Below are positions 10,795 through 20,617 of a stretch of 64,000 bases of DNA, piece after piece (position 1 is the stretch's first letter; each line of letters starts with the position of its first letter). Where the stretch lies: assembly GCA_963847625.1 (NCBI GenBank), contig CAWKAR010000039.1, positions 64,001 to 128,000 of the forward strand. The letters are read 5' to 3'. The notes below the pieces were generated by a model, which worked only from the letters and a program-made list of their open reading frames with translations, had not been told where the DNA came from and searched no databases. This DNA comes from a candidate division FCPU426 bacterium (GTDB taxonomy: Bacteria > Oederibacteriota > Muellerivitia > Muellerivitales > Muellerivitaceae). The position numbers and the translations under genes were made by a program.

Positions 10795-11853
10795 ATGGTT
10801 TTCCGGAGCTTTTCATTGGTCGCCAGCCAACCTTTAAAAAATCGCGAGGAAAAAATCCTTTCCTCAGTTATTCGACACTACGTTGAAACCGCTAAACCGG
10901 TGGGTTCGCAGGTTATCGCCCAAAGCATGGATCTTTCCTCGGCCACGGTTCGAAATGTCCTGCTGGAACTGGAGAATAAAGGTTACTTGACCCACCCCCA
11001 TACCTCGGCGGGCCGCATTCCGCTGGACTTAGCCTACCGTTTTTATGTGGACCGGCTCATGCAGGCCCGGAGTTTGAACGTGAGGGAAAAACAACTCATT
11101 GAGCAGGAATACGAAAAAACCAAAGATGAAGTGGAAAACCTGATGCGGCATACGGCCAAGATCCTCGCCGCAATGACCCGGCTGGCGGGTTTGGCGGTTT
11201 ATCACACGCCCCAGGAGATATCCCTGGACCATGTCAAACTCATCGCAATCGACTCCAGGAAGGTGATGGTGCTTCTTGTCCTGGGGAACGGTCTTCTCAA
11301 GGAGGAACTGGTTCACCTGGATGCCCCGGTTAAACTCAAGGAAGTGGCTAGGATCGGGCAACTCCTGAATTCCAGGTTTAAGGGTATGGGCCTGGTGGAA
11401 ATCCGCGGGGCCCTTTTGAAAGAAGCTGAGTCGGTCAAGAACGCCCGACTGGACATCCTGGAGGCCGCCCTCAAGCTAATTGACGGCGCCCTCCGGTATG
11501 AATATGACCAGATCCATTTGGAAGGGGCTTCCCGCTTGATGGAACAGCCCGAGTTCCGGAACGTGGAAATGATGGAAAAAGTCTTGAGGTTGGTGGAGGA
11601 AAAAGAACCCCTCGCCCAATGCTTCAACCGAAGTTGGAACCGAACCGGTCTTTCAGTCGAAATCGGGCGCGAGCTTTCCGAACAGTCCCTCCGCGGATTT
11701 TCCTTCGTTCACCTCCCCTATACCCTCAAAGGCCGAGTGGTGGGGGCCGTGGGGGTTTTGGGACCCACGCGGATGGCTTACGACCGGGTGGCAGGAATCG
11801 TCGATCATCTGGCCAAGTTTTTGGAAGACACGTTTTCCCGAAGGGATTGGTGA
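10795..11853 (+). CDS. hrcA: Heat-inducible transcription repressor HrcA
   Basis: PVGS, SSATVRN, HPHTSAGRIP, GVLGPTRMAY. Confidence 0.96.
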   Translation: MVFRSFSLVASQPLKNREEKILSSVIRHYVETAKPVGSQVIAQSMDLSSATVRNVLLELENKGYLTHPHTSAGRIPLDLAYRFYVDRLMQARSLNVREKQLIEQEYEKTKDEVENLMRHTAKILAAMTRLAGLAVYHTPQEISLDHVKLIAIDSRKVMVLLVLGNGLLKEELVHLDAPVKLKEVARIGQLLNSRFKGMGLVEIRGALLKEAESVKNARLDILEAALKLIDGALRYEYDQIHLEGASRLMEQPEFRNVEMMEKVLRLVEEKEPLAQCFNRSWNRTGLSVEIGRELSEQSLRGFSFVHLPYTLKGRVVGAVGVLGPTRMAYDRVAGIVDHLAKFLEDTFSRRDW

Positions 11854-11856
11854 ACC

Positions 11857-12468
11857 ATGGTCGAAATCCCCTTTAACGCAGGTCCTATCGACCCGGAACA
11901 GGATGTGGAGATTCTCTCCAGCTCCCCCGAACCGGCGGAGGAAGGGTTCGGCGCCAAAGAACAAACCTCAGGGAGCCAGATCTCCGGCGCCGAGGCTGAG
12001 GAGTGGAAGCAAAAACACGACGAGATCAAGGACCGGCTCGTATGGATGGCAGCCGATTTCGATAACTATAAAAAAAGGGTCTTGAAGGAGAAGGAAGAAT
12101 TCCTTAAATTCTCTCAGGCATCCTTGTTGAAGGAATTGCTGGTCGTGGTGGACAACCTTGAAAGGGCCATGCTTTCCATGCCGAAGGACGACCTGGACCA
12201 GGGGTTCCTGGGTCTCAAGCAAGGCGTGGAACTGACCCTGCGCCAGTTTCATTCCCTCTTGGGGAAAAACGGTGTGACCAAGATGAAGGTCCTGGGCGAA
12301 CAATTTGACCCCCGGTTCCATCAAGTGATGTTCCAGCAAGAAACGACCCAGTATCCGGACCAGACGGTTTTGGAGGAGTTGCAAAGCGGCTATATGCTTC
12401 AGGAACGGGTCTTACGGCCCGCCATGGTGAAAGTGGCGAAGAACCTTGGATCTTCCCCCACCGGATGA
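11857..12468 (+). CDS. grpE: Nucleotide exchange factor GrpE
   Basis: ADFDNYKKR, FDPRFHQ, GYMLQERVLRPAMVKV. Confidence 0.96.
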   Translation: MVEIPFNAGPIDPEQDVEILSSSPEPAEEGFGAKEQTSGSQISGAEAEEWKQKHDEIKDRLVWMAADFDNYKKRVLKEKEEFLKFSQASLLKELLVVVDNLERAMLSMPKDDLDQGFLGLKQGVELTLRQFHSLLGKNGVTKMKVLGEQFDPRFHQVMFQQETTQYPDQTVLEELQSGYMLQERVLRPAMVKVAKNLGSSPTG

Positions 12469-12569
12469 CAATGGCCCGCGAATCGTTTGCGGCAAACAAC
12501 CGTCAATGAATTAGACTTAAAATCCTTGCCTGATTATGGGCAAGAAACGCAAAAAAGAGGAGTCTTGAA

Positions 12570-14501
12570 ATGGCAACGAACAAAGTATTAGGAATCGATT
12601 TGGGAACGACCAATTCGTGTATGGCTATCATGGAAGGCGGCGAACCGAAGGTTATCGCCAACTCGGAAGGGGCCCGCACGACACCCTCGGTCGTGGGTTT
12701 TTCCAAAACCGGGGAGAGACTGGTCGGACGGGTCGCCAAAAACCAGGCCATCACCAACCCTACCAATACGGTCTATTCCATCAAGCGTTTCATGGGCCGC
12801 AAGCTCCACGACGCCGAAGTCGAAATGGACCGAAAAATGGTTCCTTATATCCTGAAAGAAGCTTCCAACGGGGACGTTCGAGTGAAGATCGACGACAAGG
12901 AATATTCCCCGCCAGAAATCTCTGCCATGATTCTGCAAAAACTCAAGACGGACGCTGAGGCTTACCTGGGCGGCGAGATCACAGAGGCCGTTATCACGGT
13001 GCCCGCTTATTTCAATGACGCTCAACGTCAAGCTACCAAGGACGCCGGTAAAATCGCCGGCATGGAAGTGCTTCGAATCATCAATGAGCCTACGGCGGCG
13101 GCGTTGGCCTATGGTTTGGATAAGAAGCAAAAGAATGAAAAGATTGCCGTTTATGACCTGGGCGGGGGAACCTTCGACATTTCCATCCTCGAGTTGGGGG
13201 ACGGTGTGTTCGAAGTGAAGTCCACCAACGGAGACACCCACCTGGGGGGAGACGACTTCGACCAAAAAATCATCCAGTGGCTCGTGGAGGAGTTCAAGAA
13301 GGACAACGGCGTCGACTTGAAGAACGACCGCATGGCCCTTCAACGCCTGAAAGAGGGGGCGGAAAAGGCCAAAATCGACCTTTCCACCACCCAGGAAACC
13401 GAGATCAATTTGCCCTTCATTACCGCTGACGCATCGGGCCCCAAGCACCTGAACGTCAAACTAACCCGCTCCAAGTTGGAGCAATTGGTGGGGGACTACG
13501 TGGATAAGACCATCGAGCCCTGTCGAAAAGCCCTGAAGGACGCTGGGTTGGGCGTGAATGACATCAACGAAGTGGTATTAGTAGGCGGTATGACCCGTAT
13601 GCCCCTGGTCATTAAGACCGTGAAAGATTTCTTCCAAAAAGAACCCCACAAGGGAGTCAACCCCGACGAGGTCGTGGCCGTAGGTGCCGCCATCCAGGCC
13701 GGTGTCTTGAAGGGCGAGGTCAAAGACGTTCTTCTCCTGGACGTCACGCCCCTCTCTCTGGGCGTGGAAACGCTGGGCGGCGTCATGACCCGCATCATCG
13801 ACCGCAACACCACCATTCCAGTCAAGAAAAGCCAGATTTTTTCCACCGCTGCGGACGGCCAAAGCACGGTTTCCATCCATGTCCTTCAGGGAGAACGCGA
13901 GATGGCCACCGACAACCGCACCCTCGGACGGTTCGACCTGGTAGGTATCCCGCCGGCGCCGCGCGGCGTGCCTCAGATCGAAGTGACCTTCAACATCGAC
14001 GCCAACGGCATATTACACGTCGCGGCCAAGGACCTGGGCACGGCCAAGGAACAGTCCATACGCATCACGCCATCCTCGGGCTTATCCGAGGACGAAATCA
14101 AGAAAATGCAAAAGGACGCTGAGGCCCATGCCGATGAGGACATGAAAAAGAAGGAAAAAATCGAGGCAAAGAACCACGCTGATACCCTGGCCTACTCCAC
14201 TGAGAAGGCCCTCAAGGAATACGGGGACAAGGTAGATGGCGATACTAAGAAAAAAATCGAAGAAAAGCTCGAGGCCTTGAAAAAAGTTCTCCCCGGAGAC
14301 GACATCGAAGCAATCAAGAAAGCCACCGAAGAGTTGACTGAAGCCTCCATGAAACTCGGGGAGGCCATGTACAAAGCTTCCGCCGAGAAACAGGCGGCCT
14401 CCGGGGCTCAAACGTCCGAAAGCCCCAAACCCGAGGAAAAAGAAAAAAACGAGGGAGCTGTTGACGCGGAATACGAGCCCATGGATAAAGATAAAAAATA
14501 A
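12570..14501 (+). CDS. dnaK: Chaperone DnaK
   Basis: [17 protein letters not shown], Hsp70 signatures. Confidence 0.99.
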   Translation: MATNKVLGIDLGTTNSCMAIMEGGEPKVIANSEGARTTPSVVGFSKTGERLVGRVAKNQAITNPTNTVYSIKRFMGRKLHDAEVEMDRKMVPYILKEASNGDVRVKIDDKEYSPPEISAMILQKLKTDAEAYLGGEITEAVITVPAYFNDAQRQATKDAGKIAGMEVLRIINEPTAAALAYGLDKKQKNEKIAVYDLGGGTFDISILELGDGVFEVKSTNGDTHLGGDDFDQKIIQWLVEEFKKDNGVDLKNDRMALQRLKEGAEKAKIDLSTTQETEINLPFITADASGPKHLNVKLTRSKLEQLVGDYVDKTIEPCRKALKDAGLGVNDINEVVLVGGMTRMPLVIKTVKDFFQKEPHKGVNPDEVVAVGAAIQAGVLKGEVKDVLLLDVTPLSLGVETLGGVMTRIIDRNTTIPVKKSQIFSTAADGQSTVSIHVLQGEREMATDNRTLGRFDLVGIPPAPRGVPQIEVTFNIDANGILHVAAKDLGTAKEQSIRITPSSGLSEDEIKKMQKDAEAHADEDMKKKEKIEAKNHADTLAYSTEKALKEYGDKVDGDTKKKIEEKLEALKKVLPGDDIEAIKKATEELTEASMKLGEAMYKASAEKQAASGAQTSESPKPEEKEKNEGAVDAEYEPMDKDKK

Positions 14502-14531
14502 TTCAAGACGATGGGTTTTATATTTTGAATG

Positions 14532-14566
14532 ATGAAAGGCGGCCGAAAGGCCGCCTTTCATGTTTT
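14532..14566 (+). terminator. Terminator after dnaK
   Basis: Perfect 13-bp stem ATGAAAGGCGGCC-GAAA-GGCCGCCTTTCAT followed by GTTTT. Confidence 0.8.
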
Positions 14567-14651
14567 AAGGCCTCGGCGGTAATTGGAGGGTGATATAATC
14601 CCAATTAATCTAAGTCATTTCGCTTGGGCCATCCAATTCGAGGTTAATGAA

Positions 14652-15809
14652 TTGTCTTTCAAAAAAATCGCCATCCTGGGTTCAACCGGCTCCATCGGCC
14701 AATCCGCCCTCAAAGTTGTTCAAAAGCTCAAACCCGGATTCCAAGTAACTGGTTTGACCGCTAACCGCAACATCCTGGAACTTGCCAAACAAATCAAGGC
14801 CTTCCGGCCCAAATTAGCCGCGCTCATGGATGAAAATCTGGTTTCCCGGCTCAAGGGCCTCGTGAAGGGCCTCCCGACCCGCGTCTTGGGCGGGGAAGAG
14901 GGACTGCTGGCGGTGGCGGCGGAATCGGGAGCCGATATGGTGCTTTCCGCCATCGTAGGTGCCGCAGGCTTGAAATCAACCTTAACCGCCATCCAAAGGG
15001 GCAAAGACATCGCGCTGGCCAACAAGGAAACCATGGTGATGGCTGGGGAAGTCGTGACGAAGGCGGCCCGGAAATCGGGTTCCAAAATCCTTCCGGTAGA
15101 CAGCGAACATTGCGCCATATTCCAATGCTTGGCTGGATGCGACAAGCCGGAAACCGAAATCCACCGGATCCTCCTTACGGCATCCGGCGGGCCCTTTCGC
15201 CTCCTGCACCGGAAGCATTTCCACAAGATAAAGCTGAAAGAAGCCCTGAACCACCCCACCTGGCGCATGGGTCCCAAGATCACCATCGATTCGGCCACTA
15301 TGATGAACAAGGGGTTGGAGGTCATCGAGGCCCATTACCTGTTTGGCGCTCCCTTCCGAAAAATTGAAATCGTAATCCATCCCGAGTCCATCGTACATTC
15401 CATGGTGGAGTTCATCGACGGATCGGTGCTAGCCCAGTTGGGTACCACCGACATGCAGATTCCCATCCAATTCGCCATCACTTATCCTATCCGGCGGAAA
15501 ACTCCCGTGGAAAGACTGGACTTTGCCAAGGCGGGCAAACTTCACTTTGAGAAACCCGACCGTAAAAAATTTCCCTGCGTGGACCTGGCTTACGAGGCGG
15601 GAGAAAAAGGCGGCACCTTTCCCGCGGTTTTAAACGCGGCCAACGAGGTGGCGGTGGATCGATTTTTAAAAGAGGAAATCGGTTTCAGCGATATCCCTAG
15701 AATCATCGATAAAACCCTGGCAAAATACCGTCCCCTGACAAATGGGACCCTCGATGGTATATTGATGGCCGATCGCTGGGCCCGGGCACAAGCGGCCAAA
15801 ATCCTGTAA
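14652..15809 (+). CDS. dxr: 1-deoxy-D-xylulose-5-phosphate reductoisomerase
   Basis: ILGSTGSIG, LANKE, PVDSEH, MGPKITIDSATMMNKG. Probable TTG start at 14652. Confidence 0.97.
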   Translation: MSFKKIAILGSTGSIGQSALKVVQKLKPGFQVTGLTANRNILELAKQIKAFRPKLAALMDENLVSRLKGLVKGLPTRVLGGEEGLLAVAAESGADMVLSAIVGAAGLKSTLTAIQRGKDIALANKETMVMAGEVVTKAARKSGSKILPVDSEHCAIFQCLAGCDKPETEIHRILLTASGGPFRLLHRKHFHKIKLKEALNHPTWRMGPKITIDSATMMNKGLEVIEAHYLFGAPFRKIEIVIHPESIVHSMVEFIDGSVLAQLGTTDMQIPIQFAITYPIRRKTPVERLDFAKAGKLHFEKPDRKKFPCVDLAYEAGEKGGTFPAVLNAANEVAVDRFLKEEIGFSDIPRIIDKTLAKYRPLTNGTLDGILMADRWARAQAAKIL

Positions 15810-15818
15810 GGAAACCCC

Positions 15819-17174
15819 ATGAACTCAACTCTATGGCTTATCGAAGTTATCGTGGCTTTCGGCTTCATGATTTTCATCCATGAAGGCGGACATTTCCTGT
15901 TTTGTAGGCTGTTCAAGGTGGAAGTGGAGGAATTCGCGTTGGGGTTTGGAACGCGCCTAGCCAGTTGGAAATGGGGAAAAACACTCTATTCCATCCGGGC
16001 ATTACCCCTGGGGGGATTCTGCAAACCCCAAGGAGGGGACTTGAGCGGTGAAAGCGCCGAGAAAATGTACGAGAATCCCCCCCAACCCGGGGATTTCCTG
16101 AGCGCCGCCTGGTGGAAAAGGATATTTATTTTCATGGCCGGTCCCGGTATGAATTTCATCTCGGCCTTCTGTCTTTACTTCCTGCTTTTCTGGATTATCG
16201 GGGACAAGGTTCCCATGGGAAAACCCTTCCTGGGTTATATTCCCCCTCATAGCGCGGCCTCGGTGGCGGGTTTGAAGGAAGGAGACCATCTTTTAAAAGT
16301 CGACGGTTCGTATTACAAGAATCTTTACCGCGCGGTGGGAGTCATTTTCGATAGGTTAGACAGAAGAAAAGGTTCCGGCGTCATTCTGACCCTGGAGAGA
16401 AAGGGAAAAACCTTCAATTGCGTCCTAAAGGGGGCCATAAAAAATCCTGACTTTGAATTGGGAATATACCAGGCTCTTCCTCCTGTGATCGGGATGGTGC
16501 CTTTCTCCTCCCCGGCACGGAAGGCTGGGTTATTGGAAGGAGACTTGATCCTGAGCGTTGACGGCCAGAAAGTTTCCGAGTGGGGTGAGCTGACTTATAT
16601 TATCCACCATTCCATGACAGATGAAATCCATCTCCTCGTCTCACGGCAGGGAAAGTCTTATCCCGTTGTTTTAAAAAAAGTTTTCGACGGAATGGGGAAA
16701 CACATCGGCATCTCCCCGCCGGATGCGACGGAATTTGACGCCCAAAAAATGGGTGTATTGGAAGCTTTCAGCGCGGCCGGAACAAAGATTGTCGGAACTA
16801 CCCTTCTTTACGCGGACGCACTCTGGGAAATGGTGGTGGGGAAGATATCCTTGAAAGATAATATTGGCGGCCCCGTGACCATCATGCGGGTCATGTACCA
16901 AAGAGCGTCCCTGGGCTGGCAGGAATTTCTTAATATCATCGCTTTTATTTCCCTCATCCTTTGCATCATGAACCTTCTTCCGATCCCGGTGGTGGACGGC
17001 GGCCAAGTGGTCCTTTGCCTCGTGGAGGGGATCAAACGGAAAGCCGTTTCAGTCAAGGTGCAGATGGCCTACCAGCAAGTGGGTTTCATCCTGGTGATTG
17101 GGCTCATGGTCTTTGCTGTCATCATGGATTTCTGGAGCCTCTACCTGGAAAAATTCCACAACCAATTCCATTAA
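15819..17174 (+). CDS. rseP: RIP metalloprotease RseP with PDZ domains
   Basis: HEGGH, NLLPIPVVDGG; dxr-rseP synteny. Confidence 0.93.
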   Translation: MNSTLWLIEVIVAFGFMIFIHEGGHFLFCRLFKVEVEEFALGFGTRLASWKWGKTLYSIRALPLGGFCKPQGGDLSGESAEKMYENPPQPGDFLSAAWWKRIFIFMAGPGMNFISAFCLYFLLFWIIGDKVPMGKPFLGYIPPHSAASVAGLKEGDHLLKVDGSYYKNLYRAVGVIFDRLDRRKGSGVILTLERKGKTFNCVLKGAIKNPDFELGIYQALPPVIGMVPFSSPARKAGLLEGDLILSVDGQKVSEWGELTYIIHHSMTDEIHLLVSRQGKSYPVVLKKVFDGMGKHIGISPPDATEFDAQKMGVLEAFSAAGTKIVGTTLLYADALWEMVVGKISLKDNIGGPVTIMRVMYQRASLGWQEFLNIIAFISLILCIMNLLPIPVVDGGQVVLCLVEGIKRKAVSVKVQMAYQQVGFILVIGLMVFAVIMDFWSLYLEKFHNQFH

Positions 17175-17249
17175 AGAATCATTCAATTCTTGTCGGGGGC
17201 GTGGTAATAGAGCCCCCCGCCGGACATCCAAGCCTTTGGGGAGGGCTTT

Positions 17250-18422
17250 TTGAAACTTCACGAGTACCAAGCCAAGGAAATCTTCGCCAAGTACGGGCTT
17301 CCGGTGGCGCCCGGCATGGTGGTGAAACACCTTCAGGAAATGGACGACGTCCTGAAACGCTTTCCCACAGGGCCCTGGGTGGTGAAAGCGCAGATCCACG
17401 CGGGCAGAAGGGGAAAGAGCGGGGGGGTCAAGCTGGTCAAGACCGAGGAGGAGCTTCGCCAAAAGGCCAGCGATATCCTGGGCATGACCCTCATCTCCCC
17501 CCAGACCGGCCCCCAAGGGCGCCTGGTCAAAAAAATCTTCGTCACCCCTGCCGTAGGATATGTCCGGGAACTTTACGTCGGTGTGGTCCTAGACCGCGTG
17601 AGCAGGCGCCCGGTGATCCTGGCGGCTTCCGAAGGCGGCACCGAGATCGAGGAGCTGGCCGCTACACAAACCGGGGCCATCCAAAAAGTACCCCTGGACC
17701 CCATAGAAGGCCTGCGGCCTTTCCAAGCCCGCCAATTGCACCTGGACCTCGGCCTATCCCGGGAAAAAATCAACCAGGGAGCCAAGTTGTTCCAGGACCT
17801 GGTGCGGATGTTCCTGGACCTGGATTTAACCCTGGCGGAAGTGAACCCCCTGGTCGTGCTGAAAAACGACGACCTCCACTGCCTGGACGCAAAAATTTCC
17901 TTCGATGACAATGGCTTGTCCCGGCACAAGGAATACGCCTCCTTGCGGGATGCGGACGAGGAAGATCCCCGCGAACTGCAAGCTTCCGAATTCGGCCTTT
18001 CCTACATCTCATTAGATGGAAGCATCGGGAGCCTGGTCACCGGGGCGGGATTGGCCATGGCCACCGCCGACGCCATCCAGCATTTCGGCGGATCGCCGGC
18101 TAATTTTCTCGACGTGGGAGATGGGGCCAGCACGAAGGCGGTCACCGAAGCCTTCAAACTCATCCTGTCCGATAACCGGGTCAAGGCCGTCCTTGTCAAC
18201 ATTTTCGGGGGCATCATGAAATGCGACGTCATTGCCCAGGGTATCCTGGACGCCGCCCGGGATGTGGGAATAAAACTGCCCATGGTCATCCGGTTGGAGG
18301 GAACCAACTTGGAACAGGGCAAGGAAATCCTGACCAAATCCGACCTTACTTACAGCTTCGCATCCAGTATGGACGAGGCTGCGAAAGCCGCGGTAGCCGC
18401 CGCGGGCGGGCCGCGGCAATGA
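17250..18422 (+). CDS. sucC: Succinyl-CoA synthetase beta subunit
   Basis: [33 protein letters not shown]. Confidence 0.96.
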   Translation: MKLHEYQAKEIFAKYGLPVAPGMVVKHLQEMDDVLKRFPTGPWVVKAQIHAGRRGKSGGVKLVKTEEELRQKASDILGMTLISPQTGPQGRLVKKIFVTPAVGYVRELYVGVVLDRVSRRPVILAASEGGTEIEELAATQTGAIQKVPLDPIEGLRPFQARQLHLDLGLSREKINQGAKLFQDLVRMFLDLDLTLAEVNPLVVLKNDDLHCLDAKISFDDNGLSRHKEYASLRDADEEDPRELQASEFGLSYISLDGSIGSLVTGAGLAMATADAIQHFGGSPANFLDVGDGASTKAVTEAFKLILSDNRVKAVLVNIFGGIMKCDVIAQGILDAARDVGIKLPMVIRLEGTNLEQGKEILTKSDLTYSFASSMDEAAKAAVAAAGGPRQ

Positions 18423-19333
18423 GCATATTCTTAAACAAGAACGCGAAAGTCATCTGCCAGGGCATCACCGGTTTAGCCGGATTGTTTCATTCCAAGGCTT
18501 GCCGGGAATATGGCACACAAATCGTGGGAGGCGTTACGCCGGGAAAAGGCGGGACGGAGGTGGAGGGTTTCAAGGTATTCGACACCGTGTCGGAGGCGGT
18601 GGGAAAGACTGGAGCCGACACCACCATGATATTCGTGCCGGCCATGTTTGCGGCAGACGCCATTCTGGAAGCCGCTGCGGCCGGAATCAAGCTCATCGTG
18701 TGCATCACCGAGGGGATTCCCGCCAACGACATGGCACGAGTTGTGAAGTTTCTAGAAAGCTTTCCTCAGACCCGTTTGATCGGGCCCAATTGCCCGGGAA
18801 TCATTACGCCGGGTGAATCCAAAGTGGGGATCATGCCGGCCTACATCCATAAACCCGGCCGAATCGGCATCGTTTCCCGGTCGGGGACCCTGACCTACGA
18901 GGCGGTTTGGCAGGTTACCCAATTAGGTTTAGGCCAATCCACCTGCCTGGGAATCGGTGGGGACCCCATCGTCGGAACCAGCCACCGGGAGGCCTTAGAA
19001 GCCTTCAACCGGGACAAGGGCACCCAGGCTGTCATCCTGATTGGGGAGATTGGGGGTACCGCTGAGGAAGAGGCGGCCCAATATGTTAAAAAGGAAATGA
19101 AAAAACCCGTGGCTGCTTTTATTGCTGGAATGACGGCTCCCCCGGGCAAGCGCATGGGCCATGCCGGGGCGGTCGTCTCCGGTGGACATGGTACGGCTAA
19201 AGAGAAAATTGAGGCCCTGGAAGCCGCAGGGATTGTAGTGGCCCAGAGTCCGGGGGAGATTGGAAACGCCCTGGTGGAGGTCCTCAAGAATAAGAAGGGT
19301 AAGACCAAATCCAAGACTAAAAAGGAAAAATAA
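18419..19333 (+). CDS. sucD: Succinyl-CoA synthetase alpha subunit
   Basis: ATG at 18419 overlaps the sucC stop (ATGA). [26 protein letters not shown]. Confidence 0.97.
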   Translation: MSIFLNKNAKVICQGITGLAGLFHSKACREYGTQIVGGVTPGKGGTEVEGFKVFDTVSEAVGKTGADTTMIFVPAMFAADAILEAAAAGIKLIVCITEGIPANDMARVVKFLESFPQTRLIGPNCPGIITPGESKVGIMPAYIHKPGRIGIVSRSGTLTYEAVWQVTQLGLGQSTCLGIGGDPIVGTSHREALEAFNRDKGTQAVILIGEIGGTAEEEAAQYVKKEMKKPVAAFIAGMTAPPGKRMGHAGAVVSGGHGTAKEKIEALEAAGIVVAQSPGEIGNALVEVLKNKKGKTKSKTKKEK

Positions 19334-19403
19334 ATTCCGTTGTTTTTTTCGTATAGGCAAAAGCACTGGAAAATTTTTCTAAACTTGCAAGTTCAATGGT
19401 TTT

Positions 19404-20297
19404 TCAGGATGTGTAAAGATTTTTCATAGCTTCCAAAATGATGGCTTCTTGAGGACCCCAAATTCTCGAATCGGTCGAAGAAAAAACTGCGAAAGTTCTC
19501 AAGCCGCAGGCCGAAGCCAATTGAGTCACCCCACTGTCATTTCCGAGGAAGACCGCGGATTGGGAAAAAACAGCCGCTAAATCCCGAAGTTCCAAAGGTT
19601 GGTTCAGGACTTGGACATCCTTTAAATCCCCGAAGGCTTTTCGGATTTGGTCTATGTTTTTTTCTTCGGCTTCCCCCCAAACCACCAATACCTGCTTTTG
19701 GGATTCTTTCACGGCCCTTTCGGCCGCGTTTCTAAAAAATGAAAGTGGGGCATTCTTGGCCGGGCTTCCGCTACCGGGGTGGATCACCAGGGGAGCCGAG
19801 AGTCCCAATGAGGACAGGATGGTTTCTCCCTTTTTGCGCATGGCATCTCCGATCCGCAGTTTGGATAGCCGGAAAGGTGAATCGGGGGGCAAGCTTTTTC
19901 CTGCGGCTGTTTCTAACCAATATTCAGCCGCCCATCGGGCTTCCTTTAAAAATTCATCGAAGGTTTTGGCGGATTGATGGATTTTTAAGCCGGGAATTTC
20001 TAAAATCTTTTTTAGGATATTATCATCGGGTTCCTTAAAGAAAAGATAGGCATCACTGTAATAAGACCAGAAAGGATCTGGACCGTTAGTCATTAGATTT
20101 TGAAGAACTTTTTCCAGGGAAAGGATTTCTTGGACGCCCATCAAGTCAGCACCCAAGGAGCTGTAGGGAAAAGTGCCGGCAACCGTAACAGGTGCGGAAG
20201 ATTGAAGAAATTGAAGGGCCGGTAAGGTCAAGAGACAGTCCCCCAAACTGCCGGCGGTCAGCACGATTGTTTTTTGTTTTTCCAAGGTAGATGCCAT
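19404..20297 (-). CDS. Glycosyltransferase family 9 (heptosyltransferase-like)
   Basis: SLGDCLLTLPAL, IHPGSGSPAK, GNDSGVTQLA. Confidence 0.85.
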   Translation of the reverse strand: MASTLEKQKTIVLTAGSLGDCLLTLPALQFLQSSAPVTVAGTFPYSSLGADLMGVQEILSLEKVLQNLMTNGPDPFWSYYSDAYLFFKEPDDNILKKILEIPGLKIHQSAKTFDEFLKEARWAAEYWLETAAGKSLPPDSPFRLSKLRIGDAMRKKGETILSSLGLSAPLVIHPGSGSPAKNAPLSFFRNAAERAVKESQKQVLVVWGEAEEKNIDQIRKAFGDLKDVQVLNQPLELRDLAAVFSQSAVFLGNDSGVTQLASACGLRTFAVFSSTDSRIWGPQEAIILEAMKNLYTS

Positions 20298-20617
20298 TAT
20301 AAAACGTTTTTGTGATCAAGCAATTTACCGACAAACTTATGGTGAAGCCAATCGAAAATAATTTTGTAAACCGGTTCAAAAGACGAAAGCGCTTCCCAAG
20401 AATCTTAATAATCACTCTGTTTTACGTTGGTTTGAAGGCTTTTTTATGCTTTCATGGAGACCAATTTTTAAAGGACGGTTTACCTTAGTCTGACTGCCGG
20501 TAATTTCCGTTTTCTATAGGTTGGTTTAATAAGTCGTCGAAACGTAAAACAAGTTAGTCCTATTATCAATTATCCGCGTCTTAAAATCTTATTAGTAATA
20601 AAGAGGTTTAATCTGAT

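Noticed and set aside
16961..17908. 315-aa alternative-frame ORF across rseP/sucC
   Set aside because: Pro/Arg/Gly-rich off-frame product overlapping two confident genes.
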